From Elsinoe ampelina (Eukaryota), in NCBI GenBank assembly GCA_010093995.1, contig ML992504.1, positions 1,454,885 through 1,491,294 on the forward strand: a DNA stretch of 36,410 bases. Direction: 5' to 3'. Each line of letters starts with the position of its first letter. Positions within the stretch are counted from its first letter, which is position 1. Under the pieces are notes generated by a model. The model did no database searches. It saw only the letters and a program-made list of their open reading frames with translations, and was not told the DNA's origin. Positions 22,464 to 34,908 of this stretch are shown in pieces. The translations under genes and the position numbers were made by a program.

Positions 22464-22969
22464 ATGGCAGAAACGACCGGCATCCATAAGCTGCCACGAG
22501 TTGCCATAACTTACTGCACGCAATGCCGTAGGCTTCTCCTCCCACATCACATGAGACCAGCCACTGATACCAATCAGGATGGATGCTAAGAGCAGCATAC
22601 TTCGGACAGGAACTGCTCTCGACCTTTTCTACAGCCATTGGAGAGGTTGCTTTGATACCAGCGACGGGGGGTATCTTTCAGGTACACCTGACATACCTCT
22701 CAGCCGACGGCGCCACTGAGAAGCAGGGGGCTCAAGCTCAGCATGTGCTTCTCTGGGATCGCAAGGCCGAAGGAGGCTTCCCCGAAACAAAGATCCTGAA
22801 GCAACGTCTCCGCAATTATATCGAGCCCGAGAGAAATCTCGGTCACTCGGACGGACCCAGCAACAAAGCCAACAAGGCCCAGCAGGAGGAGGCGGCCCCC
22901 AAAGCTGCTGCTACAGAATCACCGACCTCGAACGTTCAAGCATCTGCTGAGTGCGAGGATTGTAAGTGA
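22464..22969 (+). CDS. Rdx-family (SelT/SelW/SelH-like) thioredoxin-fold protein, Cys form; 2 exons (22464-22527, 22578-22969)
   Basis: The spliced product reads PRVAITYCTQCRWMLRAAYFGQELLSTF...GGIF...LWDRKAEGGFPETKILKQRLRNYIEPERNLGHSD...CEDCK. Intron 22528-22577 (GTAGGC..CTGAT..CAG). Confidence 0.9.
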
Positions 22970-23050
22970 GAGCGTCTGGACTGCTGGACCATCTATGACT
23001 CTATTTACACAAATTTTGGTGTTGGTACCATCCTGGAGCATAAACCGAGA

Positions 23051-24211
23051 CTATGGGAGCCAGACAGCAGTAGCAGCCCCTGCAACATTCCCTGAATCAA
23101 GCTTCAGCTGGACCCTAGCTGCTTCACTCAGCTTCTCTCCATCAAATGCAAGGATGAAGACAAGGCCTTCCTGGCTGTCTGTCAGCGCCATATATTCTAT
23201 GCCATCCGCACTGAGGTCTAAAGGAGCGGGCTCCACGGCATTCGCCAATCCGCCACTTGTTGAGGTCTCGTAAATATGAAGAGCTTCCCCAGCCACCAGT
23301 CCCTCCTCATCAAGCCTGAACACGGCGACATATCCCATGGTCTCTTTCTCCAGTCCTCTAGTACTTGCGTACAGATACTTTGGGTTTCCATGCTCAGTCC
23401 GACTGACTCTCACTTCGTCCGCCCAGTACTGCTTCGGATCTCTGCCTTCTGGGATGATTCGTACTCCCTGCTTCCACTTCAGCTCTCTCCCATCGCCACT
23501 ATTTTCAAACACATCAACCATACAACTGTGCTCCTGTAGACTATACAAGATTCTCCCATTCGGATGAGGCCACGCATGTCTCGGTCCATCACCTGTCCTC
23601 GGCGCCACAAACTTGCCCCGATAGTCAAGCGGACCACTCCCTTTCACAACCACGCCATCGCCTTCAGAAGCTTCGTCCTCGTCCTGGACACCAAAGCTCC
23701 AGACACAATTATGACCGATGTCGGCCACCCACGCCACTTTCCCATCAGGACTCAAATCGACACTGTGGCTGCCGTGTCTCAGCCCACCAAAACTACCATG
23801 CGCAACACCTTCCCGCTCGCCATCATTTAGCTCCTCTGCTTTCCGGAATGACAGCTCCTGTACCAATTTGCCCACACTTCCATCCTGTTCAATCTCGAAA
23901 ATTTCCCCTGTCGGCCCGCCACAAGATATGAGATGCAATCCAGAAGCGGTCGTGCAGACGTACCCCGAGAGCGACTTGACTGGTTTTGTGTTGAGGAGGG
24001 TCGTGGTGTGGTCCGCATTGATTTTGTAGGAAGCGACGGAAGGCGGGTCGGACCAGACTGTCGTGTATAAGAACTTGCGGCATGGTGAGAGGGTGAGCCA
24101 GGAGTGGCCCCCTGATGCTTCTGAGGTTGACTTGACGGAGAGCGTTGACGGTGGTGAGAAGTGGAGCGTGTATAACACTGGGTGACGGAATGTCCCGACT
24201 AGGAAATCCAT
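23051..24211 (-). CDS. Lactonase-family beta-propeller protein (muconate / 3-carboxymuconate cycloisomerase-like)
   Basis: 386-aa ORF with GGHSWL, GGLRHGSHSVDLSPDG, GDGPRHAWPHPNG, YWADEVR, YLYASTRG and TSGGLANAVEP, characteristic of fungal muconate lactonizing enzymes. Confidence 0.85.
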   Translation of the reverse strand: MDFLVGTFRHPVLYTLHFSPPSTLSVKSTSEASGGHSWLTLSPCRKFLYTTVWSDPPSVASYKINADHTTTLLNTKPVKSLSGYVCTTASGLHLISCGGPTGEIFEIEQDGSVGKLVQELSFRKAEELNDGEREGVAHGSFGGLRHGSHSVDLSPDGKVAWVADIGHNCVWSFGVQDEDEASEGDGVVVKGSGPLDYRGKFVAPRTGDGPRHAWPHPNGRILYSLQEHSCMVDVFENSGDGRELKWKQGVRIIPEGRDPKQYWADEVRVSRTEHGNPKYLYASTRGLEKETMGYVAVFRLDEEGLVAGEALHIYETSTSGGLANAVEPAPLDLSADGIEYMALTDSQEGLVFILAFDGEKLSEAARVQLKLDSGNVAGAATAVWLP

Positions 24212-24673
24212 ATCTGATCTAATAAATTGCCAGGTGTGAGTCTATGCCCTTGTGGTCTGGCGATTGTGGTCCTGCGGCTTAGAATACAGTATTCTGCGAG
24301 GTGAACGAGTGGCGGCAGAGATAGATCGGATGCTTCCGCTTTAGACCTTTGTTGACCACGGATTCCAGTGGTGGAAGGTGAGCATGCTTGTGTCAGGTGC
24401 GAGATCAATCATAACTTATGAAATAACAGCTCAACATTGAAAACGAATTGGAAGTACGCTTCCGCATCATGAAGGCCCTCATCCGACAGCGGCGCTCAAA
24501 GTGGGGTGGTTAATGGCCAATCAGGCCTGATCCTGGGTGGACTACCCTTCCTACCCGACATGCTCCTTTAGTGTTTCACAGCAATGCCGACAAGACATTT
24601 CTTTGTGTGCATTTATATGCATACATACCTGTTGTTTTGGAATCCCACGAGGTTTTGCATGAATTCATATTCT

Positions 24674-25960
24674 CTACGTCGGCATCCTCGACACCATCCC
24701 CTCCCGCTTTCTACTCTGCTCAAGACCTTCAACGAGGATGAAGAGCACCTCGTCAAACTTCTTCTCGACTTTACCGAGTCTCTTGGCCTTCTTCTCATCA
24801 TCTTGATCGCGCAGCTTCTCTAGGTCCTTCTCTGCTCTACCTCTCTTCTTCTCCTGCTCACGCATCTCCTCTTTCTTCTTCTTGGTCGCCTTCGATGTCT
24901 CCCCACCATCTTTCCCGGCGGACTCTAACGCTGTGATCTCGGCCTCGAGACTATCAACTCGTGTCTGGTAGCGGGTCCTTTGCTCTTCCAGCTCGGAAAC
25001 CTTCTGCTCGACCTTTTCTGCTTTCTTGTCCCTTTCTTTCTGCTTCTTGAGTGCTTCCTTGTCCTTCTCCTTCTGCTCCATAGGCATTACCTCTGCCGCA
25101 ACCTTGTCCAAGGTTGTCTTCTGCTTGCCGTTGCCGGGTAAGTCCTCATGAACTAAATCAGCTACATGAGGTGCTAGCTTCTTCGTTATCCCCTCCCTAT
25201 ACTCCATCCGGTCTTCTGCGGCTTTCCCGTCAGGACTGGTCAGCCCTGGTACCGCGTCTCCGATCTCCTTCCCCTTGATTACCCTCACATGCAATCCCCG
25301 CGAGTGGAAGAACTCTTCATTCACCCTTGCCACGTACCTAGACATCCTCATCTTCGTCACCCCATAAATGGCTACATTAGAAGTGGCCCCGGTGACAGCG
25401 CCAGCGATCTGGAAATGCGGCTCCAGGACGAAGCCGAGAGCCGAACCAGCGATGTCGAAGACCTGAAGTGGTGGAGAGGGCTGTAAGCAGATATTAAGGT
25501 GGTCGATGCAGGTGAGGAAGTCGATGGGCGTGATGTCATGTGCGGCTAGTGAGGAAGCGTAGGCGCGGATAAAGGGAGAGTCGCTGGTAGGAAGGGTTTG
25601 GGGGATGAGGATTGCTTTCTGGAGGGCCACCGGGCAAAGAGCCCTGGTAGTTGTGGATGTCGGAGGTTGAGGTGCTGCTACTTGATCTAGGTAGGGCGGA
25701 TCTAATATGGTGGATGGTCGGGGTGAAGCAGCATCGTTGACTGTGGACGGCGAGACTGTAGTGTGGCCCGTGGGTATAGCTGGGTTGCATGGATGGAAGT
25801 AGTGATGCTGATAACTGATAGCATCGGGTATGATACCGATTTGGCTTGTTGTTGTCCTGCTTACACTCAGTGCTTGAGAGCCGGAGAGGGCATGTTTCTG
25901 GTCGCAGTTGGATAGACTGCCGTCGTCACTGTTTAGTCTCTCGGGCATAGAACTAGGCAT
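24674..25960 (-). CDS. Fungal hypothetical protein with a Lys/Glu-rich coiled-coil C-terminus
   Basis: Long ORF, first ATG at 25960. Core PFIRAYASSLAAHDI..FLTCIDHLN...NEEFFHSRGL, a charged helical tail, and terminal VLFILVE. Confidence 0.7.
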   Translation of the reverse strand: MPSSMPERLNSDDGSLSNCDQKHALSGSQALSVSRTTTSQIGIIPDAISYQHHYFHPCNPAIPTGHTTVSPSTVNDAASPRPSTILDPPYLDQVAAPQPPTSTTTRALCPVALQKAILIPQTLPTSDSPFIRAYASSLAAHDITPIDFLTCIDHLNICLQPSPPLQVFDIAGSALGFVLEPHFQIAGAVTGATSNVAIYGVTKMRMSRYVARVNEEFFHSRGLHVRVIKGKEIGDAVPGLTSPDGKAAEDRMEYREGITKKLAPHVADLVHEDLPGNGKQKTTLDKVAAEVMPMEQKEKDKEALKKQKERDKKAEKVEQKVSELEEQRTRYQTRVDSLEAEITALESAGKDGGETSKATKKKKEEMREQEKKRGRAEKDLEKLRDQDDEKKAKRLGKVEKKFDEVLFILVEGLEQSRKREGMVSRMPT

Positions 25961-26831
25961 GTTATAAGATTTGAGACTTGTGTCTTCCGAGTGGAAGCAC
26001 AAAGAAACACTTGCCCATTTATCAATTCACTTGAGCATCAGATCGGCAACCCTTCACACTGCACAGCAATGGACGCCTGAACGGCCTGAAGCACTTGGCA
26101 GGCGGTGCATGTAAGATCGGAGTTCCGGGCCCCCGTCTCCATGGATGGACATTTGAGCATGCAGGGCATTCCCTAGGGTTTTCCAGTCCAAGGAACAACA
26201 GTCGTTTGCACTAGATGTACTTCGCCGTGATTCATGCAAGTCTGGAATTGGCGTGCTCAAGCTGACCATTCGAGTAATGCACCTCGCAGCGTGAAGGAGA
26301 TCTTCTTCGTCGGAACGTTGATATGTCGTGAGGAGACGGTGGCTCATTGATGTAGTGCAGTATCACTTTCCCGTTGGCGTGGTAGTTTTCAGCACTATCT
26401 GTCCTGTCATGTGTGATGGCGCGTTCCACGTCCATTTGGTCGGCGAAGAGACAAATACAGTGTAAGGCGCTCGCCACGTTGAATCCTTATGCGGCGGCTG
26501 CAACATAAAAAACTTTCATCCGTACATTTGTGTTTGCGTGATCGAGGGAATGAATATACAGAAAAATAGGCTCGCAGTGCAAAGAAAGTGGATGCGGGAC
26601 GAACCGGAAGAAGTGTGATGTCAAAGATTCGGACCAATCATGGAAACCCGAACAGAAATGATCTTGGCTTGAGCTTTGAATTCTCGAGACTTGAGACCAA
26701 CCACTCCTCAATCTTAGAGACAACCAATTGCATTTTCGATCCCAGCAACGCGTTTCAGGAGAATCTCCGACTACGCGAAAGCCAATTGACACTTCCTCGC
26801 GCACAGTCGACGGTCTTTCACTGGTCTCAAG

Positions 26832-27567
26832 ATGCTGCGCAGTCCCCTCGTCCGGACTGCCGGCGTGGCTCCCTCTCGCACCCTCTTCGCATCGACAAGA
26901 GCATCTGCTGGATCCCTCGGTCAGCAAAGCCGCTCAGCACATGCCATCTCTAACCCAACGCTGGCGAACATTGAGAAGAGATGGGAAGCTATGCCACCTC
27001 AGGAGCAGGCCGATCTCTGGATGGCATTGAGGGATCGCATGAAGGTCGACTGGCATGAGTTGACTGTGCAAGAGAAGAAAGCTGGTACGTTCGAATACAT
27101 ACTCCATGTTGAGCATGGCGTCGTAGAGAAGTGCTGCACGCGGTCACGTTATCATTTTCAGCTCAATGCTTTTTTTCGGCACTGTGATAGATGAAGTAGT
27201 GATAAATGGTTGGGCTAACACAATTGTCCACAGCTTACTGGATTGCATTCGGTCCTCACGGTCCCCGGGCTGGTCCTCCTCCTGGCGAAGGCACTAAAGT
27301 CCTTGGCTACACGATTGCCGGGTGTGTGGCTGCCGCTGTTCTATTCTTCGGCACAAGAGCATTCGCGAGACCTCCACCACCAACCATGACCAAGGAGTAC
27401 CAACAGGCTAGCGAGGCATATCTGAAGGTATGGATCGGGCTTTGCGAACATGCTTAGACATGGCTAACCAATTGATGCAGGAGAACAATGTCGAGCCCAT
27501 CACTGGTATCTCGGCAGAGGATTGGAAGGGCGACTTCCTGGTTCAGTCGAAGCCTGCCAAGAAGTAG
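26832..27567 (+). CDS. COX5: Cytochrome c oxidase subunit V (COX4/COX5 family), mitochondrial precursor; 3 exons (26832-27084, 27234-27427, 27481-27567)
   Basis: Arg/Ser-rich presequence, then AHAISNPTLANIEKRWE, LWMALRDRMKVDWHELT..EKKAAYWIAFGPHGPR, a TM helix, TMTKEYQ and EPITGIS. Both introns are canonical. Confidence 0.95.
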
Positions 27568-28414
27568 AGACCAGATGCACTGATGTCAAAGATACTGTGA
27601 AGCGGCGGCTAGTACATGTCGTGGCGAGGGAAGGTCAGAGCAAAAGGCTCAAGCGTATACATTTCAAGGTGTGGCTATCGGTGGCTCGCAAGAGAGATGT
27701 GCAAAGTACCAGCAATTTGATCGAGAGGCCTCAAGGTCGTCAATGTACAAAACAATGATTGGACTTCAAGGAGTCTTTGTGTGTGCTGTGTCTTCATCAT
27801 TGTTGAATGCCGAGCATGATAGCATACCCATCGTCACTTACGCAAACAAACAGCGATTGCATAATCAATTCTTCCATCATCTCGACCACAGATGAAAAGC
27901 ATTCATAATTGGCCCCCTTGACAATCTGATAGCTCTCATCATGAGGTATTCGAGCACATGACGCACGGGCCCTTTTGAGATGTCCGGCGAAGAGCTTCAA
28001 GAAATCCAAAGCCGACCTCATTCTAATTGACCCTGTTTGCACCACCACAACCAATTGCATCTGCATCACCCTCTCGCACCACGACTTGCTCGACTCGACT
28101 TTTTGCTACCTCTCGGAGTTCTCTTCACTCTTTCGTCAACACCACTAAGCACCTTGCGCCACGTACAATCCGTCGAATCTGTCTTGATCTTTCGACTGTC
28201 GAGTGCGGAGGCCTTTCTTTGCTCTTTTCCTTCAATCCGACCGACCTCAATTGCGAATTGCGAAAAAAGGTGCGATCAGAAGCCACCGTAATTGCCATTT
28301 TCTTGCTGATACAGGACCAGCAATCGTCTCTCATAGCACGCCTTGCTCGACTCCAGGCACCACAAGCTCCACAGTCCATCCGAAAAACCATCTTCGAGCT
28401 CTGCATTCGGCATA

Positions 28415-30163
28415 ATGGCTACGGATATCTCATCTCTCCCTGTCAATGGTAGCCATGGCCCTCACTCCGGCTACGAGGGAGGCTATAACTCGACCGCCGC
28501 ATCCCAATCGTCCTACACGGGGCCTACTTCCAACTCGACACAAGGCCAGACTGCATCTTCGGGTCCAGACATCCCAAAAGACGAGGTCGGCTGGTACTTC
28601 GTCGAGCAGTACTATACCACATTGAGCCGCAGTCCCGAAAAGCTTTACGTCAGTGATACCGTAGTCAGCAAAAGATTAGGTGCTAACGGACCTAGCTATT
28701 CTACAACAAGAGATCGCAATTCGTCCTCGGAGACGAGACCGACAAGGTCGCTGTCTGCGTTGGGCAAAAGGTAGCAAAAGACGGAAAGGAGCCTTGTACA
28801 TGTTCACTGACAAAGGCAGGCGATTAACGAGCGCATCAAAGACCTCGACTTCCAGGACTGCAAAGTCCGTGTCACCAACGTCGACTCTCAAGCTTCCGAT
28901 ACCAACATCGTCATCCAGGTCATTGGCGAGATCTCCAACAAGTCGCAACCGCACAAGAAATTCGTCCAGACTTTCATCCTTGCGGGCCAGACAAACGGTT
29001 ACTTCGTCCTCAACGACATTTTCCGCTACCTCGTCGAGGAGGAAGAGGAGGAAGTACAAACTGAAGAAGTTCCCGCCGTAGCTGAGACTGGATACCAGGA
29101 GCCTGCTCCAACTGCCACCAATCAGCCTTCTGAGACGTTGACCACCTCAGCCAACCCTGCCGAGGTCGAGCAGTCCGCCCAGCTTGTTGATCAGGAATTA
29201 GAGAGCAAGGCCACTCCGGAAGTCGCATCGAAAGATGTTGAGGTCAACGGCACCACTGAGCACGCCACCGAAGTTGAGGAACCTGCTGAACCATCTGCCG
29301 TGGAAGAGCCTGTAGTTGCTGCGCCAGTGCCAGCTGCTGAGCCTGAGAAGCCCAAGGAGACCGCGCCGGTACCACCAGCTTCTCCAGCTAAGAAGCCAGC
29401 TGCTCCAGCTGCTACACCGGCAATTCAAGCTCCAGCTAAGCCTGCCGCTCCAAAGACATGGGCTAATCTGGCTGCTGCCGCTGCTCGCGTTGCAACCCCG
29501 GCTGTTCCCGCTAGCCAACCATCCGCCGCCACTCCGCCCACTCAGCCAAAGGCCTCTGCTCCTACTGCACCATCGAATGCCCAGCCTGCCGCAGCAGCAG
29601 AGACGTCCACTCCACGTGAGCCTTCCCCCGCTGCTGATGAGCAGGATGAGTGGACTAGTGTAGGCGGACACGGTCGTCAGCAGTCCCGTGCCCAGACTGG
29701 CGCGGCGCCGCAGGAGGGCCCTCAGAGCAGGGCGTACATCAAGAACGTCACCGAGGGCGTTGATGTGAAGCAGCTGAAATCGCTCTTGGAGAAATTTGGC
29801 GAGATTGTATACTTTGATGTGTCCAGGCAAAAGGTAAAACTTGAATGCGGTTATCGTTTGTACCGAGCTAATTGTCATCAGAACTGCGCCTTTGTTGACT
29901 TTAAAACTCCAGAAGGCTACCAGGCTGCTGTCGCTGCCAACCCCCACCAGCTCGGTAGTGAACGGATCGTCGTCGAGGAACGTCGTCTGAAGCCTGGCTC
30001 TTACCCGTACGTCCAGCGTGGCGGCATGCGCGGCGGACGTGGATCTCCTAACCAGGGACCTGGCCGTGGTGCTTTCCAGGGCGGTCGTGGTGGCGGCTAT
30101 GGCGGTCGGGGTCGTGGCGGTGCTCCCGGTGCCCCCCGAGGCCGTGGTGGGCAGACATCGTAG
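28415..30163 (+). CDS. G3BP/Nxt3/Bre5-like NTF2 + RRM + RGG protein; 4 exons (28415-28648, 28696-28770, 28820-29833, 29882-30163)
   Basis: NTF2 domain (EVGWYFVEQYYTTLS, KVRVTNVDSQ, IVIQVIGEISN, KFVQTFILA, GYFVLNDIFRYL), acidic/Pro linker with KTWANL, RRM (AYIKNV, NCAFVDF) and RGG tail. Three GT-AG introns. Confidence 0.92.
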
Positions 30164-30825
30164 GCGATGATTGCGGTGTCCTGAACGATACGACTCCGGT
30201 CAACCGCGTGGCAGGGATTCACAAAACTAGCTACATGTCAACATCCGACCTCTGACACTCCTGCGAACGGTCCGGCTTTCTCCTAGGACCTTTTCACCTT
30301 CCTGCATAGCGACTGGTCTCGGAACAGGCTGAGCCCAAAAGCATGATCTTTACTTCTTTCTACAAAACGTACAGAACTTTGATGGAAAGGCCGTGCGGGT
30401 AGATTCAGAATCTTCGATCGAATATCTTGGTCGAGGAAATGTTTTAACAGTAGTCACGAGTTCTATAGCAAGACCAAGCATGTACTCACGTTGTGGCGGA
30501 CAATGCCTGTCCCTTGTGACATGCCCGGATCATGACACGCGCGTTGAGATCAGGTTTGCCTTTGTACCCCGTCTGTGCTTTCTTGAGATCGCGGAGTCAT
30601 GTCAATCACCCGCCCCACCTTCCCGATAACAAACGGTGAGATGCTATCGTCAGCATCATCACTTCTACATTCCTCACAGTCGCGAATCGCCTGGCAACCT
30701 AGGACCACGGACCCCGGATCATCACGTCCGCCAGCTTAAACTCATGCCGAAGCATCAATAACCGCTTCCACGCCTACGCTGCCTAGTTAGCTCAGTACAT
30801 TCCTCGAGCAGCCCAAGCAAGCATC

Positions 30826-33284
30826 ATGGGTAACGACGACCGCTCGCTCAAACAGCGCATACAATCTTATCGTGCCATCAAAGACTCTCCTGAGCCAGCA
30901 GCACATCTTCCCGCGCAGTCCAGACCTACCACGTTCACCTTATATCGGGAGAGTGAATTACTCGAGAAAGAGGCAGGCCAGGCGTCTGGATTTGAGGAGG
31001 AGGTCGATAGTGTCACGGGAGAGCTGGACTCCACTGTAATGACGGATAGTACATTCGGCGTTCAGAGTCTCAGTGAAGCTTTGGATCAGGCTTTCCCAGA
31101 TGCGAACGCTCTGGCTGCAGACAGCCCAAAAAGCAGCCCACACTTGAGCGCACTGTCAGACCTGTCCAGCATGTCTCCCTCGCCGAATCCCGCTACGAGC
31201 AGGAAGAGAAAGGCAGGGAATCCGGTACACCCAAAGATTCTGGCGACCGGGCAAAGGATAATATCGTCCGAGTCTCTCTCGGCTAGACCACAAACACCAT
31301 CAGCTCAATTGAAGATGCCCGCTGCGGCGCCTACTTTCCAGGACAGGCTTCGCACCATGTCAAGCACGTCTGCGCAGACTCCATATTCTGGGATGAGCTT
31401 GACACCTAATCTGGAGCCAGCCGCAGGCCTTACGCCCGGGTCTGGAAGTCCAAGAAGTGTCAGATTGTCGGACGACGATGCTATCTCATTCGACGATAAC
31501 GCGAGTCAGGCGATACTGTCGTCAAGTGGCGAAGAGGATAACGAAGTCACACAGATGGACGAGAGACCTATAGTGTCATCACCACCAGGACCGCAACTTG
31601 TTATGCCTAGTGTCACGATGCCGGCCAAGCGGCGCTTCACAGAACGTGGGAAACAGCTGGGTCGCCTGCGCATCCTGATCGCAGGGCAGACGGATACGGA
31701 CAGAGTCGACCTCGTGAACAATATTCTAGAGTCTTGTGAGCACATTGTGCATACAGATGACCCACGGACACTTTCCACGAAGCCATCACTCGTAGAATAC
31801 AAGAGCTCGACGAAACCCCAAATGCCGTGGATGACGGAAGGCGATGGGATAGCCAGCAAGCTTAGCGAAAGCTCAGATGCAGCTCTAGACTACAACGTTT
31901 CCATCTTGCTGATGGCCTCAGACAATTCCGGGGAGAACACAGATGACTTGACATTACCTTCCGTCGTCTCACGCTACATCGAAGATCGCTTCTCACAACT
32001 GCTATGCTTTCAGAACCTCGATGAGCTGGACACGACCTCGATTTTGACTGACGGGGGCGGACTTCATCCTGATCTGGTATATTACATGCTGCATAGTATG
32101 CTAATCTCTACTATTCTCTTTCAAGCGCTGACTCAATTGCAGATGCACCTACCCAGGACGAAGCCCGTGATCTTGCACATCTCTCAGATCTGGCAAATGT
32201 TTCGCTTGTGGTTTCTACCCCAAAGTCTGCGAAAGACCACGAAGCTGTGGAAAGACTACTTGATCAAGTCGAGGCACAGTGCATCGGCCCGCCTTCGTAC
32301 GCAGCTTCTGCGATTCAGCGATGCAATCGACCAGTTGCGGTTTCTAGCCAGAGCTCAGATTCCAGTCTTACAACGCTGATGACAAGTTTGTTCCACCCTG
32401 TTACAATTCATAAGCTTCGCTACTCTTCCGCCCAGAAATTCCTGTCCTGGCGCAAGACTCATTCTCATTCCAGCATGGCAAGTCCAATGCTTCCCAATCT
32501 GTCAAATCTACCATCAGATCTAAATCTCTCCGCTCTTGCACCTCCGACACATACTTGCAGCACAATCTCGTCGCCTTCTGGCGTATTGGTACCTTATCCT
32601 GACTCATCCTTCTATCAATCCACATCACCGGCTCTTTCAGGTCACACAATTGACTCCACGAGTCGACCGAACAGTGCTCTTGCTCTTGCCACACTCGGAG
32701 AGCCTATGCACCAGCCAGACAATGACATCAAGGAGGTCAGACTTGCACAATGGGCCCTTGATTTGCAGAAGGCACTTGAGGAGGATCGTCGACGACAGAC
32801 CACTGGATGGTTGGGACTGAACGAACCGATTGATTGCATCGGTGGCGCTGACGGCAAGCGCGACAGCTCGCAAGGTGCAATAGTCCGCTGCAACAGTCAA
32901 GAGAGCAGGCCGTATCGGAGTCGTGAGCGCAAGATTCGCCGGACGACAAAAGGTCATCTGACCTGTACCGATGCCTACGATCCGCTTGGAATTATCAGAA
33001 TGCGTCAGAGTTTGAAACGTAACGGTGTCCCTGTCTTGCTGAGGGCTGCTGGCATCATCGGCGCTCTCGGTACTATTGCTTTGTGGGTCTCACGAAATTG
33101 GGAACAAGTGACGGCTTGGCTCGGCTGGCCAAGTACGAGAGTAGAGGAGAAGCAGACAATGGAATACGCCATGGGTTGGCAAGATGCTCAGAGCTGGCGA
33201 CGAGGTTACGAAGCATGGGGTTTGAGGGATTTGGTTGACCGAGCTGTGGAGGAGGTTGGTAGGCTGAGACCTGTTGGCTGGTGA
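30826..33284 (+). CDS. Fungal protein with a septin/P-loop-like central region and a C-terminal transmembrane segment; 2 exons (30826-32095, 32143-33284)
   Basis: STFGVQSL, PQLVMPSVTMPAKRRFTERGKQLGRLRILIAG, CEHIVHTD, RLAQWALDLQKAL, DPLGI and hydrophobic AAGIIGALGTIALWV. A 47-nt intron (32096-32142) joins the two ORFs in frame. Confidence 0.75.
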
Positions 33285-33382
33285 TCGGACCACCTCACTC
33301 TGGATGGTCAGAAACGAGAAGCATGACGTCAAGAATAATGATGACCGCAATCTATTCTATCCTCGATTCTACAATTCGACCC

Positions 33383-34442
33383 CTACAACGAAGCCCTCAA
33401 CTTCACCTGATGATCCAGGAAACTCGACAACGTATCCGCCATGGTCCGGAACTTGACCCCGAGCTTTTCCCGCGCCCTGGTAGTATCCACAGTCGGCGTC
33501 ACGGGCCCAGCACCCTGGACCTTGAACCCAAAAGCAGGATACCTCCCCTTGGCAAACTCCCCGACCTTCTCCCACGTCCACCCCTCAGCCTCCCCAGCAT
33601 GCAACAGGAACTCCTCCACCTTACCCTTCTCCGCATCTACGCTCAATGCCTTGACGTGCGCGGCGGCGACGTCCCTCACGTCGACAGCCATGAGATTGAA
33701 GAATGGCGACTCAGAGTGCAGGGCACCCCAGAGCATGCCATTTGTGCCTTCGAGGCTGTTGGCCTTGGTCTGGAGCAGGTTCTGTCCGAAGACGAAGACG
33801 GGGTGCAGGGTCACGACGGTGAAAGATGGCTTGACTGAGGCGACCCATTCGAGAGTAGCGCGGTGAGCGAAGATTTTGGAGGCGGAGTACTTGGCCATGG
33901 CATTCTGTTCGGGATCCGAGGGGAAAGGCATGTCCGGGTCGATGGCGATGGAGGGGTTGTTGCCTTCTGGTAGGAGCTTAGTGGGGTCGAGCAGGTGGAA
34001 GGGAGAACGTACCTTTCGCATGGAAGTTTCCCGTCGCTAGTTCCTCCAGAGGAACGAGCGCCACTACGGATGACACGATGACCACGCGCTTGATCGAGGG
34101 GGTTTTGTTGGCTGCATCGAGCAGTGCGGTTGTGCTGTCCACCGCTGGGGCGAGGTACTCGGTCTTGAAATCATCGCCTGTGCCCGGCATGGGGGAGGCG
34201 ATGTGGAAGATGTAGGTGACGTCCTTGAGGGCGCCGTCGTGGGCTCCATCTGCGGACAGGTTGGGAATGACTACGAAGTCGACGTTGGCGATGTGGTCCG
34301 CGAAGACGGTGCGGAGGGAACTGATCTGGCTCTCTTTGCGGACGCTCAGGCGTACTCGGTAGCCTGCTTCGAGGGATTGCAGGACGGTGTGTGCGCCGAT
34401 GAAGCCAGTGGAGCCGGTGATGAAGATGAGTGGGGAGAACAT
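33383..34442 (-). CDS. Extended SDR / NAD-dependent epimerase-dehydratase family, GRE2/Ari1-like aldehyde reductase; 2 exons (34442-34013, 33966-33383)
   Basis: TGSTGFIG Rossmann motif, HIASP, KRVVIVSS, catalytic YSASK and VDVRDVAAAHV. Intron 34012-33967 (GTACGT..CTAAG..CAG). Confidence 0.9.
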
Positions 34443-34908
34443 GTTTGGGGGAAAGCTGGCAGTGGCTGATTCGGAGGACAGTTGTCGTGGTCGTGAGGAG
34501 GTGGTAATATATATACCTTGGCTGAGGTGCTCGACATGGTTCTGTGTTGTTCCGGGTCTGGCGTGCTTCGTAATCGTGATGGCGACGGATGGTTGTGCAG
34601 TTGCATCCGGCCGAGTATGGAAGCACCGTGATGGAATTACGAAGTGGCTCGATTACATATATCGCTGCAGATGAAGATGGGTGATGAACTTTATACATAA
34701 GTTGAGTAATCGGCGACAATCTGGTCTAGCGTGAGTAGCTTTGCGTGAGTAATCCACCCGATAGGTCACGTGATTGCTTCAGCAGTAACTGGTATATAGC
34801 ATGCCCTCGATGGACCAGTAATCCGGGCTGACCTCGCAGCTTTGCCTTACCAGATGTTACAAACTTGAAGAGGCAAATCGTCAAGTCACCTCACTCGCTT
34901 CCTCCACC

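Noticed and set aside
22515..22527. Selenoprotein call for the SelW-like gene
   Set aside because: The motif is CTQC, encoded by Cys codons (TGC), with no in-frame TGA.
27085..27233. COX5 intron 1 is about three times longer than the other introns, so a possible intronic snoRNA
   Set aside because: It has no CTGA D box or clear C box, only short 5-6 bp complementarities.
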